From contig BK006945.2 of NCBI GenBank assembly GCA_000146045.2, positions 640,001-704,000 of the forward strand: DNA of 64,000 bases, given 5' to 3'. Positions 59,496-64,000 of this stretch are shown one piece after another. The notes under the pieces were generated by a model that made no database searches, was not told the DNA's origin, and saw only the letters and a program-made list of their open reading frames with translations. This DNA is from TPA_inf: Saccharomyces. Taxonomy: Eukaryota. Within the stretch, counting starts at the first letter, position 1. Each line of letters begins with the position of its first letter. The position numbers were made by a program, and so were the translations under genes.

Positions 59496-59998
59496 ATATG
59501 CGTATACTTATTAATGTTAACTTATTATGTTACTTTTTATTTCCTCAATGGACAAAATTCAATTGATAATACAATGTTTCTTTTGTGCTGTAACTTTTGA
59601 AGTACTGAAAACAAGGGTAAAAGAAATAAACGCTTATACCCGTGAACATTTTGAACCTATTAGATGTGATCTCAATATGTATTGCGCTGAAGCAGTAGAA
59701 GTTGTTAAAGATCCGCTAGTTTTTCATAATTTTCGGCCAGAATAACTGCTTACCCGTATTTATTTGCAAACACGCTACTTAGTCTTTTGGAGAGGACTTT
59801 ATACAGGAAAGAAAGAGTTTTATTGATTTTAAAAACAATATAAATGAAAGAAAAAAATGTGTTTTAGATTAGGCTTATAAGATATGACCCATATCATAAT
59901 TAAAAAAAGCGATTTAGTTGTTCTTTTAAAAAAAAAGAGAAAAAAAAAAAAAAAAAAAAAAGGAATGAGTTTGTACATACTATTATATTAATGTAGTA

Positions 59999-62900
59999 TC
60001 ACGTTAAAAAGCCGTAGTCATCATTAATCGTCCAAAAGTCTTCTACCGGACCAGATGTCATCATGTTATCCCAGTTAGAACGCTTTTTCCTGATGTCTGC
60101 GTTAGTTACTGTAGGAATAACATTGTCGAAATGCAGATTTGCGCTAGTGTTTGCTTCCACCTGTGTTTTAGGTCCATTCTTCTCTGTTTCGTCAAGATTA
60201 TATTGTACACCTTCCTGATTGGACATCATGAACAAATTTCTGTTATACGAAGGGTCATTCTGCGTCTGTTGAAAATTATTAGCGGTTACATTGTTTTCAG
60301 AACACATATTTTGTTGTTGATGTTGTTGCTGCTGTTTGTCCATGGACAGAGATGAAGGCTCTTGACTCTGGGGAAATATTGTTTGTAGTATGGACTTGCT
60401 ATTCAAAGCATCTAGAACGGAGTTATTGGTCCAGGTGGAAATATTGTTGATCATGTCATGAGCACCGTTGCTGAAAAGTATATCGCCCGAAGAAGAGCCA
60501 TTTCGAGCTTGTTTGACACTGACCGGAATTGAATTGCTAGTAAATGACGCTGGTATCGAGGAGATAATATTATTGCCATAATCTGCTCTTAGGGGTGATG
60601 TACTGAAATTTGATTCTTCGACATCTCTTAATTGCTTATTTTCACTTGTATGGTTAGAGAATATTGCAGATTGTAGAGGATTACTGTTGATCATACCATT
60701 GTTTAATTGATTCGTAAAATTGCTTTCTGAGAATCTTTGTGGAGAAGTAATATGTTGTTGTGGCTGCTCCCGCTGTTGTTGCGGCAGTGGTCGTGATACA
60801 TGCTGTTGCGGTAGCATATTGGAAGTTTGAGGATATGGAGTTGGGCTTTGCGTCATCGCTATTGGAATCGGATCCGAATGCGAAGAGGCTGTAGATATGC
60901 TAGAAGATTTTGAAGGACTTCTATTGGTCATAGTATCGGTGTTCAGGGACGATAGATACGCTTGTAAATTGTGCTGAGCTAGTTGCTGTTGTAGAAAGGC
61001 CTGCTGTTGAAATACTTGCCAATCAAACTCTGTTTGGTTGGTTGGTTTCTTGACGATATATTGGTCTTGAATAGGCCTTTCTACATCATTTTCCATAGTT
61101 ACGTTGTTGTTACGAACATACTGGCTGTTGTTGCCATTATTGCAGCTGTTGTTGGTAGTGCTTCTGCTATTACTTTCATTATCATTATTATTAACATTAT
61201 TATTATTATTACTATTATTATTATTATTGTTATTATTATTATTATTATCATTATTATTGTTGTGATTATTGTTGTGTTCTCTGTTGACGCTGCTGATGGT
61301 CATACCATTGTTATCATTGTTTACATTGATTTTCAGGTTTTTTTCTTGGGAAGAAGGAAACGATAATGTCGACGATGATGACGAAGAAGAAGATGATGAC
61401 GAAGAAGATGTTGTATAAGACATTGAAGAATTTGAAATACGTGACCTGTCATCCATTTTGGTTAATAGGTGAGCTAAACTTTTGGGTACAGAGGTCTTTT
61501 CTAAAACACCTTGCTTCTTCTTGAATTTCTCTTGTTCAGCCAAATCCACTTGTGAATTTTCCACAAAACCGGCGTGCTCTTCAGCTTGTCCTTTACCAAA
61601 TATTCTAGCCACAGCAGGCGGCATACCGCCATTATGAGATATATTTTTATCGTTTGAATTGGATAGATTAGCTGCATTTGCGGAGTTAGAATCATGAAGA
61701 GTATCCCCAGATGAAATTGCCTTATTGGCCTCATCATTGATGTTCTTGGGTTCAGTACGCTTGGCGACACTACTAGCCATGAAAATTAACTCAGAAGAGT
61801 CTGGACCACATCTTTCAATCAAATTACCTACCGTGGCATTCATTAACTGATCGAAAGTATCTCTAAAGGTTCTTGCAAAATTAGACCTTTCTGTCATAAC
61901 ATATAAACAAACGGAGCAAGCTCTCAAATCATCCATCGTCGAAAAGAGACTTGCACTGATTAAAGGTCTAGTATGCTTCGAAGCATCGCCTAATTTCTTC
62001 CTCCTTTGATCGTCAAAATTCCTGGCTAACCACATACAGTAGATTAAAGTTACGCCAGCTACAAAAACCGTATGCACTGCTGGTGTAGAATGACCATTAA
62101 GCGTTTTTTGATGGAATATCTTGTATAACTGACAAATTTGACCCGCAGCAGCTTGACATTCTCTAAATAGTCTATCCTCCGGGGCGAAAAATTCCAAATA
62201 TGGTTGTATAAGCAATCGCACTGATCTATAGTAATAAAGTTTTAGTGTCTCGTTTTCGAAATTTTTCACGTCAAGAGTGGAATAACTTTTTCTCCAAACT
62301 TCCAAATCTTCAAAAAATTTTCGTACTAGGGGCAATTGATCAATGGATTGCTTCACTGACCTGGAATCGTTTTTCAATAGCTGTAAAGTCTCTACAAATT
62401 GAGATTCAATTCTTCGCAGCTTTAGAGACTGATTGATGAATTGCACACCATGGTCATTGGTTGATGGAGCCGCCGCATGCACACCTTTTGTATAAAAAGA
62501 GTCGTTATTGAAAAGAGGTAAATTTATTTCCGACTCCTTGATTGTATAAGGTTTCCCCACAGCAACACAAATCATTCTTTCCAACAGGTAAACACACCAA
62601 AATAGTCGCAGTTTCTTATTTGCAAATGGATCATTAGGATACCATTGATTTAGATGAAGTTTCTTCTTGGATATGCCCATGACATCCTTGATTATGTCAT
62701 ATAGTATCAGAGAATCTCTATCAGTCCTAATAATGTAAAGGACAAGCAATGTCAACAGTTCTATTTGCTGAACATAATTCAAATGTAGACCACACTTAGT
62801 GATGTGACGGATAGCGGTGGAGAAATATCGGTGAGGTGGAAACCCCTTGTACTTACCTGTGGTCATCAGTAAGTAGGCGCTGATGCTGAAGACAAGCCAC

Positions 62901-64000
62901 ATTCTGCCGGATAGAAAATGAAATTCTATTTCAGAATACGAATGTGAATTCGACGGTGGTGCTGCGGAAGACGTGGCGGGAGAAGATGGTGGGATAAGAA
63001 TCTTGTTGTGGAGGTAGTGGTCATAAAAAGTATAGATTTCTTGTTCGTCTAAGATAGGGTACTTGAATTGTAATCTTGTGAAAAAAGTGTCCAAGAAGGA
63101 ACGTGACAGCTTCTCATTCAGTTCAAAAATAGGGTCATACATCAAAAACTCTTTTTTCAAATTGTATTTGGCAAAAATACACTTAGTGAAGTCCAGCGTC
63201 TCTAAAGGGTCATTCAAAAGGCTCGCGGATTGGCAGATAGCATTATTGTTGTTTATGTTGTTCGTACTGGCCGATGTATCGTTAGTGGCCGCATTAACGT
63301 TGCTGCCGTTATTGTTTGTGTTCTCCAGGGGTTTGTTGGAAGGAGATGGCAGCGGCAGTATGACCATATTGCTGCTGTTCGGTCTAGAGTAATCAGAAGT
63401 GTTGTTACTGAACAAATGAGAAACCTTCTTGTACTGGGATAATTCGTAGTTGTACTGGTTGCATCCCGGCGATAAATCGAGCAAAGTCTCCAAACTTTTT
63501 AGTTTTTTCTCCAAGAAAATCGTATACTGATCTTTGTCTTGCCTCATCAGGTTTGGATTGGAATTTGTCGTGACGGACTTTATCGTTTTCCTGAATTCAT
63601 TCGCGTCGCCAGCATCAACATTACTATTGCTAGTGGAAATGGGTTTTATTATCGTCATGTCATTCAGAGAAGTGGCAGCGCCAGCGCCAGCGCCAATACT
63701 GCTATCTTGCAGCTCACGTTTTATTACAGGATGAGGTGTAGGAGGTACAGTGCCAGCTGTAGGGGTGTTGTTGTTGGTGTTACTGTTCGAAGTGGAAGAA
63801 GAGTACTTGGAGGGCTGCACGCACTTTATTCCTGCTTTCAAACAGGCGGTACAACTGGGTAATTTATGGTCGCATCGTTGCTTTCTTCTTCTACAAAGAA
63901 GACAAGACCTGGAACGGCCCTTTTTGTCTTGCAACAAGACGTCTGTCCTGTTACCGGCCAGCTCCAGTTCTCTCTTCAACTGTTGTATTTTCTCCTGGCT
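59999..64000 (-). CDS. Zn2Cys6 zinc-cluster transcription-factor-like protein with Asn/Ser/Gln-rich low-complexity regions (YLR278C). It is 5'-truncated by the window edge, and the true start is probably ~45 nt beyond position 64000.
   Basis: The zinc cluster CLLCRRRKQRCDHKLPSCTACLKAGIKC lies near the in-window N-terminus, followed by a fungal-TF middle homology region, a long poly-N / (AAT)n tract and a poly-Ser run. The ORF is open to the window end. Confidence 0.8.
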   Translation of the reverse strand, partial: SQEKIQQLKRELELAGNRTDVLLQDKKGRSRSCLLCRRRKQRCDHKLPSCTACLKAGIKCVQPSKYSSSTSNSNTNNNTPTAGTVPPTPHPVIKRELQDSSIGAGAGAATSLNDMTIIKPISTSNSNVDAGDANEFRKTIKSVTTNSNPNLMRQDKDQYTIFLEKKLKSLETLLDLSPGCNQYNYELSQYKKVSHLFSNNTSDYSRPNSSNMVILPLPSPSNKPLENTNNNGSNVNAATNDTSASTNNINNNNAICQSASLLNDPLETLDFTKCIFAKYNLKKEFLMYDPIFELNEKLSRSFLDTFFTRLQFKYPILDEQEIYTFYDHYLHNKILIPPSSPATSSAAPPSNSHSYSEIEFHFLSGRMWLVFSISAYLLMTTGKYKGFPPHRYFSTAIRHITKCGLHLNYVQQIELLTLLVLYIIRTDRDSLILYDIIKDVMGISKKKLHLNQWYPNDPFANKKLRLFWCVYLLERMICVAVGKPYTIKESEINLPLFNNDSFYTKGVHAAAPSTNDHGVQFINQSLKLRRIESQFVETLQLLKNDSRSVKQSIDQLPLVRKFFEDLEVWRKSYSTLDVKNFENETLKLYYYRSVRLLIQPYLEFFAPEDRLFRECQAAAGQICQLYKIFHQKTLNGHSTPAVHTVFVAGVTLIYCMWLARNFDDQRRKKLGDASKHTRPLISASLFSTMDDLRACSVCLYVMTERSNFARTFRDTFDQLMNATVGNLIERCGPDSSELIFMASSVAKRTEPKNINDEANKAISSGDTLHDSNSANAANLSNSNDKNISHNGGMPPAVARIFGKGQAEEHAGFVENSQVDLAEQEKFKKKQGVLEKTSVPKSLAHLLTKMDDRSRISNSSMSYTTSSSSSSSSSSSSSTLSFPSSQEKNLKINVNNDNNGMTISSVNREHNNNHNNNNDNNNNNNNNNNNSNNNNNVNNNDNESNSRSTTNNSCNNGNNSQYVRNNNVTMENDVERPIQDQYIVKKPTNQTEFDWQVFQQQAFLQQQLAQHNLQAYLSSLNTDTMTNRSPSKSSSISTASSHSDPIPIAMTQSPTPYPQTSNMLPQQHVSRPLPQQQREQPQQHITSPQRFSESNFTNQLNNGMINSNPLQSAIFSNHTSENKQLRDVEESNFSTSPLRADYGNNIISSIPASFTSNSIPVSVKQARNGSSSGDILFSNGAHDMINNISTWTNNSVLDALNSKSILQTIFPQSQEPSSLSMDKQQQQHQQQNMCSENNVTANNFQQTQNDPSYNRNLFMMSNQEGVQYNLDETEKNGPKTQVEANTSANLHFDNVIPTVTNADIRKKRSNWDNMMTSGPVEDFWTINDDYGFLT

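Noticed and set aside
61007-61366. 119-aa poly-Ile plus-strand ORF
   Set aside because: It is an artefact of the (ATT)n repeat. The real coding strand is the minus strand, where it is the poly-Asn tract of YLR278C.

Overview
This window is Saccharomyces cerevisiae nuclear DNA from the right arm of chromosome XII, covering roughly YLR250W to YLR278C. It is gene-dense, and the gene order, protein lengths and protein sequences match genes I recognise: SSP120, SYM1, MCP2, NDL1, HAP1, a Ty1 element, tA(AGC), YLR257W, GSY2, HSP60, LCB5, YPT6, TMA7, RED1, RPS28B, NEJ1, PDR8, BOP2, SEC22, DCS1, YLR271W/CMG1, YCS4, tV(AAC), PIG1, MCM5, SMD2 (with intron), DBP9, YSH1, and the 3' ~4 kb of YLR278C, which runs off the window edge.

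The least ordinary region is 10.8-17.8 kb. A full-length Ty1 (5920 bp) sits inside the 3' end of HAP1, flanked by a perfect 5-bp target-site duplication GATGG. The insertion replaces the last 13 HAP1 codons with 32 codons read from the LTR, which is the classic S288C hap1 allele. The 13 displaced HAP1 codons and their stop codon sit just after the 3' LTR. This Ty1 copy has a 2-nt expansion of an A-tract (A9) in the integrase region that breaks the TYB frame. A tRNA-Ala(AGC) follows immediately, with a Ty3 sigma solo LTR starting 16 bp upstream of it and a degenerate delta solo LTR next to that.

A second retroelement scar is a nest of degenerate delta fragments upstream of tRNA-Val(AAC), at 48.0-48.7 kb. 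Smaller observations include:
- a perfect 27-bp in-frame tandem duplication in LCB5;
- an (ATGAG)n microsatellite that reiterates the PAC core GATGAG, next to an RRPE-like site, in the promoter of the ribosome-biogenesis gene DBP9;
- a GC-rich tandem repeat and an STRE upstream of GSY2;
- an HSE upstream of HSP60;
- a URS1-like site upstream of RED1;
- an Abf1 site plus T-tract upstream of RPS28B, and its long regulatory 3' UTR;
- the heme-regulatory CP-motif repeats and polyQ in HAP1;
- an (AAT)n / poly-N prion-like tract in YLR278C;
- genomic linkage of GSY2 with its PP1 targeting subunit PIG1.

I found no convincing evidence of an undescribed gene system. The intergenic space is largely explained by promoters, UTRs, LTR remnants and dubious small ORFs. 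All coordinates were derived by hand from the sequence, so motif and regulatory calls are candidates.
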